Shown piece after piece: positions 34,523 through 44,816 of a stretch of 64,000 bases of DNA. Positions within the stretch are counted from its first letter, which is position 1. Every line of letters starts with the position of its first letter. Below the pieces are notes generated by a model, which worked only from the letters and a program-made list of their open reading frames with translations, was not told the DNA's origin and searched no databases. A program made the translations under genes and the position numbers. Source of the stretch: a virus. The stretch lies in IMG/VR virus record IMGVR_UViG_3300025545_000003, positions 42,831 through 106,830 of that record; one strand, written 5' to 3'.

Positions 34523-34696
34523 ATGGAAGCACTTGGTTTGACACTCGGAGCCCTTGTCATATTCGGCAAGGCTATCGGCCTGTTCCTGCTCATCTTCCTC
34601 CCCTGTTGGGTGCTGGCACGCCTCGGGAAGGGTTACAAGAGGTGGGAGCGCCGACAGAGGGAGAGCGAATGGTCGATCAAGCTGATCCCGGACTGA
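34523..34696 (+). CDS. Small membrane protein (57 aa)
   Basis: GGCTTAG promoter 34477-34504; AGGAGGT RBS; MEALGLTLGALVIFGKAIGLFLLIFLPCWVL. Confidence 0.6.
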   Translation: MEALGLTLGALVIFGKAIGLFLLIFLPCWVLARLGKGYKRWERRQRESEWSIKLIPD

Positions 34697-35109
34697 CACC
34701 GCCCGCAGAACTGAAGCTCAAGGGCACGAACAACGAACACAAAACCATCGTGGTTGAGGTACGGATCTGCCAGAACCCGAACGGGATGATCTACTCCTCC
34801 CACAACCTACAGGACGCCGGGGACGAACGGGTGTCGAAGGGCATGCTGGGGCATGGCACACAGGCCATCGCTTACGGACTGCTGATCGAAGCCCTGCGCC
34901 GTGAGGCGTACCTGTCCACGCTGGCACAGTTGACCGGGGACAAGGATTTCCTCACCAAGTACAAGGATGGGGACGAGAAAACCCGTGAGGCGTTGGAGCG
35001 CAAGGTGGCCGAAACCCTCCGTCATGTCGTCAACTCCATCATCGAGAAGAACGGCACGGACATGTCGAAGGAAGTCCTGCACATGGCCCTGAAACAGATC
35101 GGTCGCTAG
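34669..35109 (+). CDS. Hypothetical protein
   Basis: GGAG RBS before MVDQ. Confidence 0.6.
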   Translation: MVDQADPGLTPPAELKLKGTNNEHKTIVVEVRICQNPNGMIYSSHNLQDAGDERVSKGMLGHGTQAIAYGLLIEALRREAYLSTLAQLTGDKDFLTKYKDGDEKTREALERKVAETLRHVVNSIIEKNGTDMSKEVLHMALKQIGR

Positions 35110-35157
35110 GTGCTCGCCCGTCAAGTTTCGGGTATCCTATGCAGGAGAGGTGATGTG

Positions 35158-35406
35158 ATGACCAAGTCGAGTGCTGCACTGGCGATCAAACGCCCGGTCC
35201 TGTTCAGGAAGTTCCGGGGCCTCAACGATGAGGATCCGCCTGACGTAGAGACCCCCACAGACCCGCAGGAGGCCATGGAGTTGGGCTACAAGCTCGGACT
35301 CAAGCGTGGGTGGGGCGAGGGACTAGCGGACGGCGTGGACGTTGGGTTGGATGTTGGCGTCGAGGTAGCAGCGGAAGCCGCAGAAGAACCCTTCGACGTC
35401 AATTAG
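35158..35406 (+). CDS. Hypothetical protein
   Basis: GAGGTG RBS; GxxxG repeats. Confidence 0.5.
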   Translation: MTKSSAALAIKRPVLFRKFRGLNDEDPPDVETPTDPQEAMELGYKLGLKRGWGEGLADGVDVGLDVGVEVAAEAAEEPFDVN

Positions 35407-35669
35407 CCTTTCCTCAACCGTACTCCCCCCTTCAAACGAATAACCAACGACGACGGCACGACGACTCCGTCTTCCGGTCGGCCCATCGGCGGGACAACTA
35501 CTCGAGACTTCGTGCGGTGTGTTCGGAACACGCCCAAGGGGGTTCGGACGGAATCATCCTCTTCCAAGGACAGGAGTGCGTCTGGCAGGCAGAACATGAC
35601 TGCCCGTACCTGTTCAGCGGGGACACCCGAAAACCGGGCGATCTTCTGTATCAAAAAATCGTATCTCAT
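35403..35669 (-). CDS. HU/IHF-like DNA-binding protein
   Basis: LIQKIA..SGV, V..LGVF..., size ~88 aa. Confidence 0.7.
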   Translation of the reverse strand: MRYDFLIQKIARFSGVPAEQVRAVMFCLPDALLSLEEDDSVRTPLGVFRTHRTKSRVVVPPMGRPEDGVVVPSSLVIRLKGGVRLRKG

Positions 35670-35780
35670 CTGCACCCTTCCGTAGAGCCCGAGGGACTCT
35701 CCTACCATACCCTTGGGTTCAATGATCGTCCTATGACGAGGCATAGGTAGAGCGCTCTACGGGACTCTCTGGAGGTCACT

Positions 35781-36230
35781 ATGCCCCAAGGCAAACTGTT
35801 CAAGATGGCGAGTACGCTCGACGACGCCGTTCTTCGGACTGCCGCACAGGACGAAGATGCACGACGTTTCCTGCTTGCTCTCCACCGGCAGGCCAAGGGC
35901 TGGGACAAGCTCCCGAAGGGCTGGACGCAGGAGAGCGTCAAGAAGTTCTGGTCGTCCCTGACCGGGGACGTGAAGCACAAGGTTACGAAGTGCATCAAGG
36001 AGATGGACGGGAAGTTCGACGACCCTGGTGCCTTCTGCGCTTCCCTGGCCGACATGGTGACCCCCGGCTGGCGCACCAAGAAGACCGCCTTCAACAAGTA
36101 CAACGCCCCCGAGGTGCTGGCCCAACTGTTCAAGGCCCTTTCCGCCGCCGGGTTGGATGACGCTGTGGCGAACCTCCGGCAACGGAAGGTCCCGCAGATC
36201 GTGGACAAGGCATGGAGGGATCGAGGGTGA
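35781..36230 (+). CDS. Hypothetical, possibly virion protein
   Basis: GGAGGT RBS; K/R-x-A motifs. Confidence 0.65.
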   Translation: MPQGKLFKMASTLDDAVLRTAAQDEDARRFLLALHRQAKGWDKLPKGWTQESVKKFWSSLTGDVKHKVTKCIKEMDGKFDDPGAFCASLADMVTPGWRTKKTAFNKYNAPEVLAQLFKALSAAGLDDAVANLRQRKVPQIVDKAWRDRG

Positions 36231-37150
36231 ACAAGCAAGCCGCAGCAGCCGTAGACCCCGTCCGCCAGCGGACTCAGTACACCTGCACTAAAGGGATCAA
36301 CTGGGACGATGCCCCTTTGGGCAAATTGTCTGATGGTGATGTGGCTCGCATGTATAAGGTCGCCCGTCCTGTGGTCTGTAATGCCCGCAATCGAAGAGGC
36401 ATCCCGCCCTTCACGTCACGGTATGTAAATGTGGTGTGGGATGATGTTCCTCTTGGTGGTTTTCCAGATGCTGTGCTGGCAAAGGAGCTTGGAGTGTCCG
36501 AGCCCACGGTTTCACGGCATCGTAACCAGAAAGGCATATGCCCCTTCCAGTCAAGGTTCATCACCACTGAGGGGGAGGCTGCACAAAGCTACCCAGAAGC
36601 CCTCATCGATCTTTTTTGGCATGAACAGGACATTGCACATCAATTCCAAGTCCCAATCGGCCCCTACGTGGCTGATTGGGTGGTGGGAAACACCGTAGTT
36701 GAGTACGCAGGGTTCATCGAAAGCCGAACTTTTGGGGACAGGTACCGGGAGAGGCTCGCTGTCAAGGTCTCCTTCTACAAGTCGCAGGGGTGGCATGTGC
36801 AGGTCATCTACCCCAATGACCTGGAATCTTTCAAGCCCAAAGGTTCGCCTGAAATGACACGGGACATCATCTCAGGAGGTGTTAATTGGTCAGGACAACC
36901 TCTCGGGAAAATGACGGACATGGATCTTGCATCTCGTCTGGGTGTCGGACAGACGACGGTGTCCCGATGGAGAAACATCTTTGGGATTGCCCCCTACAAG
37001 AAAAAGAAGCGGGACTGGACTCATGAGCCTCTCGGAAAGATGCCCGACCCGGCACTTGCAGCTCGTTTAGGGGTGAGCAAAGAAACTGTCCGACGTGCTC
37101 GTGTCATGTTCGGGATCCCGTCTTACAGGAGTGTCTGTCATGCAGCGTGA
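36227..37150 (+). mobile_element. Putative homing endonuclease (PD-(D/E)xK/Vsr-like core flanked by four HTH repeats) fused to the old peptidase N-terminus
   Basis: YVADW...VVEYAG core; repeats W-x3-PLG-x2-D-x2-LA-x2-LGV; low GC; starts with a copy of the peptidase N-terminus. Confidence 0.7.
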
Positions 37151-38738
37151 GGCCAAAGCAAACGTGACCCCTGTAAGGCAACGCACTCAATTTTCGTGCA
37201 TGAGTTGCTCCATGATGATGTGCCTCAAGGCCAACGGGGTCGACACGAACGAGGACGAGGTGAACCGGGTCATGGGTGCCAAGCCCATGCAGGGTGCCGC
37301 CTGGGAGGAAGCCCTGGCCGCGGCCCAGCACTACGGCATGCGGGCTACCCTCACCGTTCCAGCTACCGTCCAGCAGTTGAAGAAGTGGACTGACCGGGGC
37401 GTCCCCGTGATGATCGCTTGGAACCCCGAAGGCCGGGACTGGTCCCACGCCTCTGTGGTGTTCGACGTGGACGAGGACCTCAACGTCTACGTGGCCGACC
37501 CCAACATCCCGGACCCCGATGAGACCGTCCGCATCGTTCCCAAGGCCGAGTTCTACGGCAAGTGGTACGAGAAGTGGCCGAACTACCTCGTGCGTCGGCC
37601 CGCGATGGCCGTCGAGCGTGAGGTGTCCCCCGAGGGTCGCCAGATGGTCGCCAGCAAGGTGCCCGCCGACGCTGAGCCCGTGAAGGGCACCAAGTTCTTC
37701 GTCTCGAAGAAGCCCTCGAAGAGCCCCTACCGTGGCCAGCCTGAGCAGTTCAAAATCTTCAACGAGCACGGCGGCGTGGTCGGGGGATATCCCGACCGGG
37801 GTGAAGCCATCGCCAAGGCCAAGAAGATGAAGACGGCCAAGACCCTCATGCAGGTCAAAGTGAAAAACAAGGCCCCTCGTGACCCCGGCGCTGCACGCCA
37901 CGGGAAGCCGGGCGGAGCCGCAGGCGCTCACCACAACCGCGACCGCGACGTGTCCAAAGGGCGGAGCCGCAAGCCCAAGCACAAGAAGCCGATGGTGGAG
38001 CGTGAGGCGTCCCTGTTGGAGAAGCTGGCCCGGATCGACGAGAAGGACATGAACCGGGCCGCCCAACTCCTCCAGTACATGACTGAGAAGGAAGCGATGA
38101 AGCACCTCGTGAAGCAGGGGATGCATCGTCAAAACGCTTTCTTGGCGCTTAAGGCGGGCAAGATCCTCAACAAGGACCATAAGGGGCGCCTCGCCGCTTC
38201 CAAAGAGGCAGGCTACAAGGGGAACCCAGATGGCAAGGACATCTACCCAAACGAGATCGAACACGGGTACGGTGAGCCCATCGCTGGAGGAACTGACGTG
38301 ATGCGACAACTACAGAACAAGCTCATCCATGAACAGGGTGATGCAGTACCACAGCGGCCCGAGAGCCCCCGGATGGCCAGTCAGCTTTCCCTCTCCTCTG
38401 GTAAACCAGACCCCAAGATGACGGCTGCATTGAAGCAACGAGCCGAAAGGAAATTGCTCCGTTCCCGTAGCAAAGGTGATTTTGAGGGGGCATTGATGTC
38501 GGCTGGTTTCCACGCGAGGAAACACAGCACGACCGCCTTCGTCTATGCAGGCAACAGCTACGGGGCCGGTGTGTGGCGTGTCTCTTTCAAGGCAGGGGAA
38601 TACCTGAACCCCATCAACAACACAGGGGTCCGGGTACTGTCAGTGACCCCAGACCTCGACGTGACGGTCTTCCAAATCAAACAACGCCCCAGGATGGCCG
38701 CCCGTGTGGCCCACCTGTACCTCAAGAGGAGCCAGTAA
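37140..38738 (+). CDS. C39-like cysteine peptidase with long C-terminal extension
   Basis: Q-x5-C, WSHASVV, ADPN catalytic pattern. Confidence 0.75.
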   Translation: MQREAKANVTPVRQRTQFSCMSCSMMMCLKANGVDTNEDEVNRVMGAKPMQGAAWEEALAAAQHYGMRATLTVPATVQQLKKWTDRGVPVMIAWNPEGRDWSHASVVFDVDEDLNVYVADPNIPDPDETVRIVPKAEFYGKWYEKWPNYLVRRPAMAVEREVSPEGRQMVASKVPADAEPVKGTKFFVSKKPSKSPYRGQPEQFKIFNEHGGVVGGYPDRGEAIAKAKKMKTAKTLMQVKVKNKAPRDPGAARHGKPGGAAGAHHNRDRDVSKGRSRKPKHKKPMVEREASLLEKLARIDEKDMNRAAQLLQYMTEKEAMKHLVKQGMHRQNAFLALKAGKILNKDHKGRLAASKEAGYKGNPDGKDIYPNEIEHGYGEPIAGGTDVMRQLQNKLIHEQGDAVPQRPESPRMASQLSLSSGKPDPKMTAALKQRAERKLLRSRSKGDFEGALMSAGFHARKHSTTAFVYAGNSYGAGVWRVSFKAGEYLNPINNTGVRVLSVTPDLDVTVFQIKQRPRMAARVAHLYLKRSQ

Positions 38739-41005
38739 TGGCCGTCAAGCCCCTCACATGGTCCGTAAGCTGGCGGGAGATCGCCGAACGCATCCTGCTC
38801 ACCTACGACCTGACCCCCACAGGGAACGGATTGTACCGGGTGAACCTTGATGGCCATTGTTACGGGTCAGCCACCAAAGACAAGGCGGTGGCATGGGCGC
38901 TGGCCGATTTCACGAAGAAGTTGGAGACGGTGATGAAGTCCGTCGCCAAGTCTGCAAGGAGTGATCAGATGAAGAACGCGATGCAGGAACTCCGGGATCT
39001 CGCCGCCAGGTTCACTGAGGGCGAGTCTGTAGACGTGGCCAAGTACCTCCGTGACCACGGCAACCCCGAGGCCGCCGACAAGTGGGAAGCCATGAACGAA
39101 GAGTACGGCGACCTGCTCAAGAAGGCCGCTAAGAAGCCCCGCCCGGAAGAATACGGCATCGACCCCAGGAAGCATTACGTCTGGGCTGTGGATGAGGGCG
39201 ATGCATATGGCCCCTTCAACCCGAAGGATGCCCGGACATTTTTGGACAAGGTCCAGTCGCTGGGGTACAGCGTCCTGATCAAGACCGGCAAGGAACTCTT
39301 CGACTCCCTGGTGTTCCACAACCGCCTCGACCAAACGACGATCTACCCTCTCCGGGAAGCCCTGAAGAAGTACCGCATCAGGCTCGCTACCGCCTCTCTA
39401 GAGAAGATGGCCTCCTCGATGGAAGAGGGTAAGCTCTACCACTCCACGAAGGTGTCCAGTGACATCGAGGGGTCGTGGTTCTACGCCATCGAGCGGATGA
39501 AGAACGGCAAAATGAAAGGCGTCGTTGTCCACCAAGATGCGGGCCGCAAAGTACCCAACAAGGCGAAGAGCTACATCATCGACAGCCAGTGGGCGAGCAC
39601 CGCATGGAAAGAGACCGCCTCCTCCAAGGTCCCTTCCAATGTCATATCCAAGCTCAAGGGTTCGGGCAAGATGGCCTCCGACGTCACCGTCATGTTAGCG
39701 GAGAAGGACGGCAAGCATGTGATGCACAACCTTGCGATGGAAACCCTGGGGAAAATGGCTGCTCTGCTCACAGCCGCCAAGAACACCGAGGGTGAGTACT
39801 GGGGCCGCCGTGCGAAGGACAGTAAGCACGTCAAGATGAAGCCCGCAGAGGCCAAGAAGGTCATCAAGCAGAAGAAAGGGGACGGGAAAGACTGGCTCGC
39901 CGTTTGGTTGGTGCCTCCCGAGTACGTAGACGCCAAGGAGCAGGATTACCGTATCAAGCAGGGTTGGATCAATCCTGTCTGGGAATGGAACCTCGGTCCT
40001 CAGAAGGGTGGGGTCAAGGGACGCACAGCAGCAGCGTCCAACCCACTTCGATGGTCCGTAGACTGGCAAGAGATCGTTGACCGCATCATGGACACGTATC
40101 CCATTCATCTCACAGGACCGCGTTCCTACGCTGTAGAGAGCCCGTTTGGGTCCGGTGTTCATACACCAGACCTGAATGGAGCTAAGATGTGGGCCGTAGA
40201 AGACTTCGTGAAGCACCTGATGCAAGTGGCCAAGCGAACTCGTGTCAAGCTGGGTAGCACGGCGATGAAGGAACTGGAGAGGATGGCCGACTGGAAGCCC
40301 GGTGAGGTCGACCCTGAAGGTTCGTGGACCGAAGGCGAAGTGTTCACCGACGAAGAGGAGCCCAAACCCGAAGGTTCTATGATCCCCGGTCTGGAAGAGC
40401 GCATGGCCGCCCTGGTCAAGACAGCAGCGGCCCCGTCTGGCCTTTACGGCTACACCAAGCGGGTTCAGGCCGACTGTGAGTCCGCAACCCGCAAGATCGC
40501 CAAGCGTGCCCTCCTCATCGCCAAGAACGCCTACCGCAAGGATGAGAGGGTGGCGCAGTTCCTGGCCATGCACGCCAAGCGGGCCAAAAGCTCCTCCGCC
40601 CGCATCATCCTGACCGCCCTCAAGGAAATGGCCCCCAAGGTCGCCTCCTACAACGACGACGAAGCCTCGTGGCCCCACATCGCAACGGACAGCCGGGACG
40701 TGATCCTTCAGGCCAAGCGGGCCGGGGTGAGGTCCTACGGGCTGTACGGGTTCCCCACGAAGACTGCCAGCCTCGGCCTGTCCGCCTGCACGCAACTCCG
40801 TGAGGCCGCAGGGCACGTAGCCTCCGACATGCACGTCCGCCGTGCGGCCAAGCACGCCCTCTACACGGGCTTCCTCAAGCAGCACAGCAAGGAGGCCAAG
40901 TGTCATTACGCACGGCTCCTCCACGCCAGCTACCCGGAGGCCAACACGAAGGTCGCCGCAACCGCACCTTCGACCGTGGCCGGTTGGCTGTCCCACGACG
41001 AGTAG
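38738..41005 (+). CDS. Large multi-segment protein with internal repeats, possibly virion-internal
   Basis: Duplicated PL-x-WSV-x-W-x-EI and GLYG segments. Confidence 0.7.
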   Translation: MAVKPLTWSVSWREIAERILLTYDLTPTGNGLYRVNLDGHCYGSATKDKAVAWALADFTKKLETVMKSVAKSARSDQMKNAMQELRDLAARFTEGESVDVAKYLRDHGNPEAADKWEAMNEEYGDLLKKAAKKPRPEEYGIDPRKHYVWAVDEGDAYGPFNPKDARTFLDKVQSLGYSVLIKTGKELFDSLVFHNRLDQTTIYPLREALKKYRIRLATASLEKMASSMEEGKLYHSTKVSSDIEGSWFYAIERMKNGKMKGVVVHQDAGRKVPNKAKSYIIDSQWASTAWKETASSKVPSNVISKLKGSGKMASDVTVMLAEKDGKHVMHNLAMETLGKMAALLTAAKNTEGEYWGRRAKDSKHVKMKPAEAKKVIKQKKGDGKDWLAVWLVPPEYVDAKEQDYRIKQGWINPVWEWNLGPQKGGVKGRTAAASNPLRWSVDWQEIVDRIMDTYPIHLTGPRSYAVESPFGSGVHTPDLNGAKMWAVEDFVKHLMQVAKRTRVKLGSTAMKELERMADWKPGEVDPEGSWTEGEVFTDEEEPKPEGSMIPGLEERMAALVKTAAAPSGLYGYTKRVQADCESATRKIAKRALLIAKNAYRKDERVAQFLAMHAKRAKSSSARIILTALKEMAPKVASYNDDEASWPHIATDSRDVILQAKRAGVRSYGLYGFPTKTASLGLSACTQLREAAGHVASDMHVRRAAKHALYTGFLKQHSKEAKCHYARLLHASYPEANTKVAATAPSTVAGWLSHDE

Positions 41006-41013
41006 GAGGTGCC

Positions 41014-44000
41014 GTGACAGCGACAGATCAGATCCTCCGGCGGGCGGTTGAAGAAGCCGTTGACCTGGAGAAAGAACTCAAGAAAGCGGAGTCCCTGGTC
41101 CCTCAGTCCGTGTGGCTGAAGCTCCGCAAGGCGTTTACCCCCAGGGGTTTGCCGTTCTTCGAGTTCTACATCCTCCTCAAGAGGATCGAGATGGGCGAAG
41201 ATGTCCCGGACGACATCCGCAGGATGTTCATGCGGGCCGCCAACCGGCTCCTTCAGATCACCTCCCCCGTAGACGGACGCAACGTCTCTCCGGCCATCGC
41301 CAATCAGATCGCTGAGATCCGCCCGGAGATGAACATGCTCCTCGGGCGGCTCCTAATGGGCCGGACAGAGGACAACACGACCTGGCGCAAGATCACGGAG
41401 TTGTTCGTCCCGCTGTTCGTCGCCGTGGCACGGGACAAAGAGGTCTACATCAAGGCCCGCCCCTACGGCCCGAGGCGTTGGGGGATCATCCGCAGGATGA
41501 CAGGGAAGCAGGAGAGCGTAGAGAAGCTGCGGGACAACGATCCCGAAGCCTACGCCCTAACCAAAAAGTACAATGCCACGCTGGCCGAGATCGATGAGGG
41601 CGTCAAAGTACTCATCACCCGTCAGGGCCTGGAACCTGAGACGGGCTTCATCATGGGCCGCCCCGTCCAGTACGGGATCAACCAGGAGACTGGCGAGAAG
41701 CTCATATTCGACCGGGATGGCGACGTCCTGACTCAGGATGAGTATGTCACCAAGCGCCGGGAGAACGCAGAGGCCCGCAAGAAGATGGCGCTCATCCCCA
41801 CCCGCACGGAGGTCCCTGTTCGGGATCTCCTCCGGTTGGACCCCAACGACACTGACCAGCTTCTGGGTGAGATGGAGTGGGTGTCCCTTACAGATGACAA
41901 GGCCAAACAGGGACGTCTAACCCGCATCTTCCCGGTCAAGCAGAAGCCCACCTTCATCGTGGACGAGGACGGTGACACAGAGGCTCAGTACCACCCGGTC
42001 ATCGTGTCCGGGCGGTTCAAGGGCGTCTACCTCGACGACATGGTGAACTCACAGGGCCGCCTCATTGAAGGCACGGCCTACACGTACAGCGCCACCACGG
42101 GGCACGGCGGTAAGGTCCCCGTCCGCATCGATCCCGCTGACAGGGAGCCCTACGTGACTGTGGCCGACGTGACCACGGTGCGGACGTTCAAAGGCCGCAA
42201 GCTCCGCCAGAAGTCACAGAAGCTCTTCTTGAAGGTGCCCGGGTCCAAGGACTACACGGTGCTCAGGAACGCCCTCAAGGAACTGGCCTGCAACGTGGGC
42301 CGCAAGCGAGGGTGCATCCCAAGCATCACCCACGAGAAGGTGGAGGGCAGCCGTGCGGCAGCCTTCTACCTCGACCCCAAGGACTTCGGCGTCGTCATGG
42401 AGACCCTCCAAGGGATGTCGCTGTCAGCGTCCGCCCTGGAACTGGTCAAGTCCTACTACAAGGACCTCTCCAACGCAGAGGCGGCCACGGCGGAGGATAA
42501 CCTTACCAATTACACTGCGGGCAACCTTGGCGGCTTCGTGACCCGCAAGACGGACAGGGAGACGGGCCTCATCAAGCCCTTCGACCTGAACGTGATCCAG
42601 AAGCAGGCACTGGCCTGGATGGACGCCAACGGCGGGAACGGGGTTCTGGCACCGGAGACGGGCGTGGGTAAGACCCTCATCGCCATCGCAGGGATGCAGA
42701 AGCTCATCCGGGACGGGCTGGCCGACGAGGATGCCTCCTACACCCGGCCCGACGGCAAAGAGATCCAGACTAACGGACGGTTCCTCTTCGTGTGCCCGCC
42801 TGCCCTCAAGGGCAACCTCCCGAAAGAGATCCGGGCGTTCATCTCGGACTCCAAGGAACTCCGGGCACGGGTAGACATCATCTCGTACTCAGAGTTCTCC
42901 GGGTCGTCCAAGACAGGCAAGCCGCCCTCCCACATCGCTAAGTACTGGAAGCGTCGTCGGTGGAACACGGCCCTCTACGTGGCCATCTACTTCGACGAGG
43001 CCCACAAGATGCGGAACAGGGAGGCAGGCGCTGCGTCGGCAGCCCTGGACCTGTGGCACCCCCGCAAGATCTGCCTGACCGCCAGCCCTATGGACAAGCG
43101 CCCCATGGACGCCTACGTCCTGACAGCGATCACGAACAACACGCCCCTGAACGGCCCCTCCATTGAGGCCAAGGACAACCGCAAGGAGATGCGGCGGTTC
43201 AAGGAGCGGTTCTGTGAGACCATCGGTGGCCGCATCGTTGGGGTGAAGACCGACCCCCTCGTCCGCAGGGACCTGCACACATGGGTAAAGCGGAACATCT
43301 ACTACGCCGATAAGCGGAACACAGGGGACGAGCTACCCCCCCTCCAGGCTGAGAACATGGTCGCCGTGATGCCGCCCCAGGTGGAAGACGCCTACAGGGC
43401 GGTCACCGACCAGTTCGCCTACATGATGAAAGGGCTCGCCACCAGGTTCAAAGACAGGGAGAAAGCGGGGATCTCAGGCCGCCATCCCGACGTAGAGCGC
43501 ATCTTCGGCAAGGCGTTCAAGCCCGTCGTCAAGCTGCTCAACGACCTGGCGAACCACCCCGAGATCGCCCTGACGGACATCGCCCACATGATGCGGACGG
43601 AGACGCTCCCCTACCCGGACAAGTTGGGGGACCCGATCCCGCTCCCGCACCAGTTCAAGAGGGCACTCAAGGTCTGGGCTACCAGGTTCTCCCCGGAGGA
43701 GTTGGAGGCGGAGGCCGAACACATCCAGAGTCCGAAGCTCCTGGTGGCCGAAGAGGTCATCCGGGACAAGGTCGATGCCACGGACGGAGCCAGCCGTGCC
43801 CTCCTGTTCACGGACGACACCAGGCTCATCTGGTCGGCGGCCCGTCACATGGCGAAGAAGATCACCGGCTGGCACGCTGTAGCCCTCAAAGACGAGATCC
43901 ACTTCATGGACGGGGACGCCCCTATCCAGAAGATCACGTTTGAGATGCCGAGGGACCTCCTGGCCAAGATGAAGCCGGAGAAGCGTGACCAGGTACTCGC

Positions 44001-44574
44001 CGAGACAGGGGGCGTAACAACGCACACGCTGCCTTTCCATAAGAAGACGTACCGTAGGCACCCCCTGCTCCCTGCGGGCCCCGACAACGTCCATTACAAG
44101 GCCGACAACTGGCAACAGTTCGTCCTCAAGGAGATCATCACGCCCGACAGGCGGATCAGGACGTTGGCGTTGTACGGCCCGACCTATCAGTACGGGCACA
44201 ACCTCCAGGCCTTCGACACGGTCATTCACCTCGACCGGGACGGTTGGAACTCTGAGTCCATGAAGCAGCGGACAGCGAGGGCGTGGCGTCAGGGGCAAGA
44301 CCAGCCGGTCGACGAGATCACCATCGACGCAGTCTACGACCCGAACACCCCGGAGGCTCAGACGGAACTTGATGGCACGCTGGACGAGATCCGCAGGTAC
44401 TTCCAGGAGATGGACGCTGACGTGTTCAACGCCATCATGCGGGAGGCACAGGGACTGGACCTGGGCGGTGAGTGGGAGGGCCTTGCCCGTCACGAGTCCT
44501 CCAAGACCAGGCTGAACCAGGACATCATGGAACTCATGACTTCGCCCTACGTGGGCCGGGTGAGGGGAGTCTAA
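41014..44574 (+). CDS. SNF2-like superfamily 2 helicase
   Basis: ETGVGKT, FDEAH, LTASP, QRTARAWRQGQ; AGGAGGT RBS before GTG. Confidence 0.88.
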   Translation: MTATDQILRRAVEEAVDLEKELKKAESLVPQSVWLKLRKAFTPRGLPFFEFYILLKRIEMGEDVPDDIRRMFMRAANRLLQITSPVDGRNVSPAIANQIAEIRPEMNMLLGRLLMGRTEDNTTWRKITELFVPLFVAVARDKEVYIKARPYGPRRWGIIRRMTGKQESVEKLRDNDPEAYALTKKYNATLAEIDEGVKVLITRQGLEPETGFIMGRPVQYGINQETGEKLIFDRDGDVLTQDEYVTKRRENAEARKKMALIPTRTEVPVRDLLRLDPNDTDQLLGEMEWVSLTDDKAKQGRLTRIFPVKQKPTFIVDEDGDTEAQYHPVIVSGRFKGVYLDDMVNSQGRLIEGTAYTYSATTGHGGKVPVRIDPADREPYVTVADVTTVRTFKGRKLRQKSQKLFLKVPGSKDYTVLRNALKELACNVGRKRGCIPSITHEKVEGSRAAAFYLDPKDFGVVMETLQGMSLSASALELVKSYYKDLSNAEAATAEDNLTNYTAGNLGGFVTRKTDRETGLIKPFDLNVIQKQALAWMDANGGNGVLAPETGVGKTLIAIAGMQKLIRDGLADEDASYTRPDGKEIQTNGRFLFVCPPALKGNLPKEIRAFISDSKELRARVDIISYSEFSGSSKTGKPPSHIAKYWKRRRWNTALYVAIYFDEAHKMRNREAGAASAALDLWHPRKICLTASPMDKRPMDAYVLTAITNNTPLNGPSIEAKDNRKEMRRFKERFCETIGGRIVGVKTDPLVRRDLHTWVKRNIYYADKRNTGDELPPLQAENMVAVMPPQVEDAYRAVTDQFAYMMKGLATRFKDREKAGISGRHPDVERIFGKAFKPVVKLLNDLANHPEIALTDIAHMMRTETLPYPDKLGDPIPLPHQFKRALKVWATRFSPEELEAEAEHIQSPKLLVAEEVIRDKVDATDGASRALLFTDDTRLIWSAARHMAKKITGWHAVALKDEIHFMDGDAPIQKITFEMPRDLLAKMKPEKRDQVLAETGGVTTHTLPFHKKTYRRHPLLPAGPDNVHYKADNWQQFVLKEIITPDRRIRTLALYGPTYQYGHNLQAFDTVIHLDRDGWNSESMKQRTARAWRQGQDQPVDEITIDAVYDPNTPEAQTELDGTLDEIRRYFQEMDADVFNAIMREAQGLDLGGEWEGLARHESSKTRLNQDIMELMTSPYVGRVRGV

Positions 44575-44816
44575 TGGGCGACCGCTTACCCGAAACCATG
44601 GCCGAGTGGCAGGAATACATCGATGGGCTACGGGGAGCCGCCTTGTGGTCCAAGGCGGTCAACGCCAACACGCAACTCTTCGCCGACATCTTGCTGGCGG
44701 AAGGTTTCAAGATGGATGACGTGAGGGGCATCGTCACGATGTTCGCCGAACGTCTACTGGTCGATGACCAGCGCCTCCCCGAACACGGGGCCTACGACAT
44801 GCGGTCCCTCGTCTAG
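44574..44816 (+). CDS. Hypothetical protein
   Basis: TAATG coupling. Confidence 0.55.
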   Translation: MGDRLPETMAEWQEYIDGLRGAALWSKAVNANTQLFADILLAEGFKMDDVRGIVTMFAERLLVDDQRLPEHGAYDMRSLV

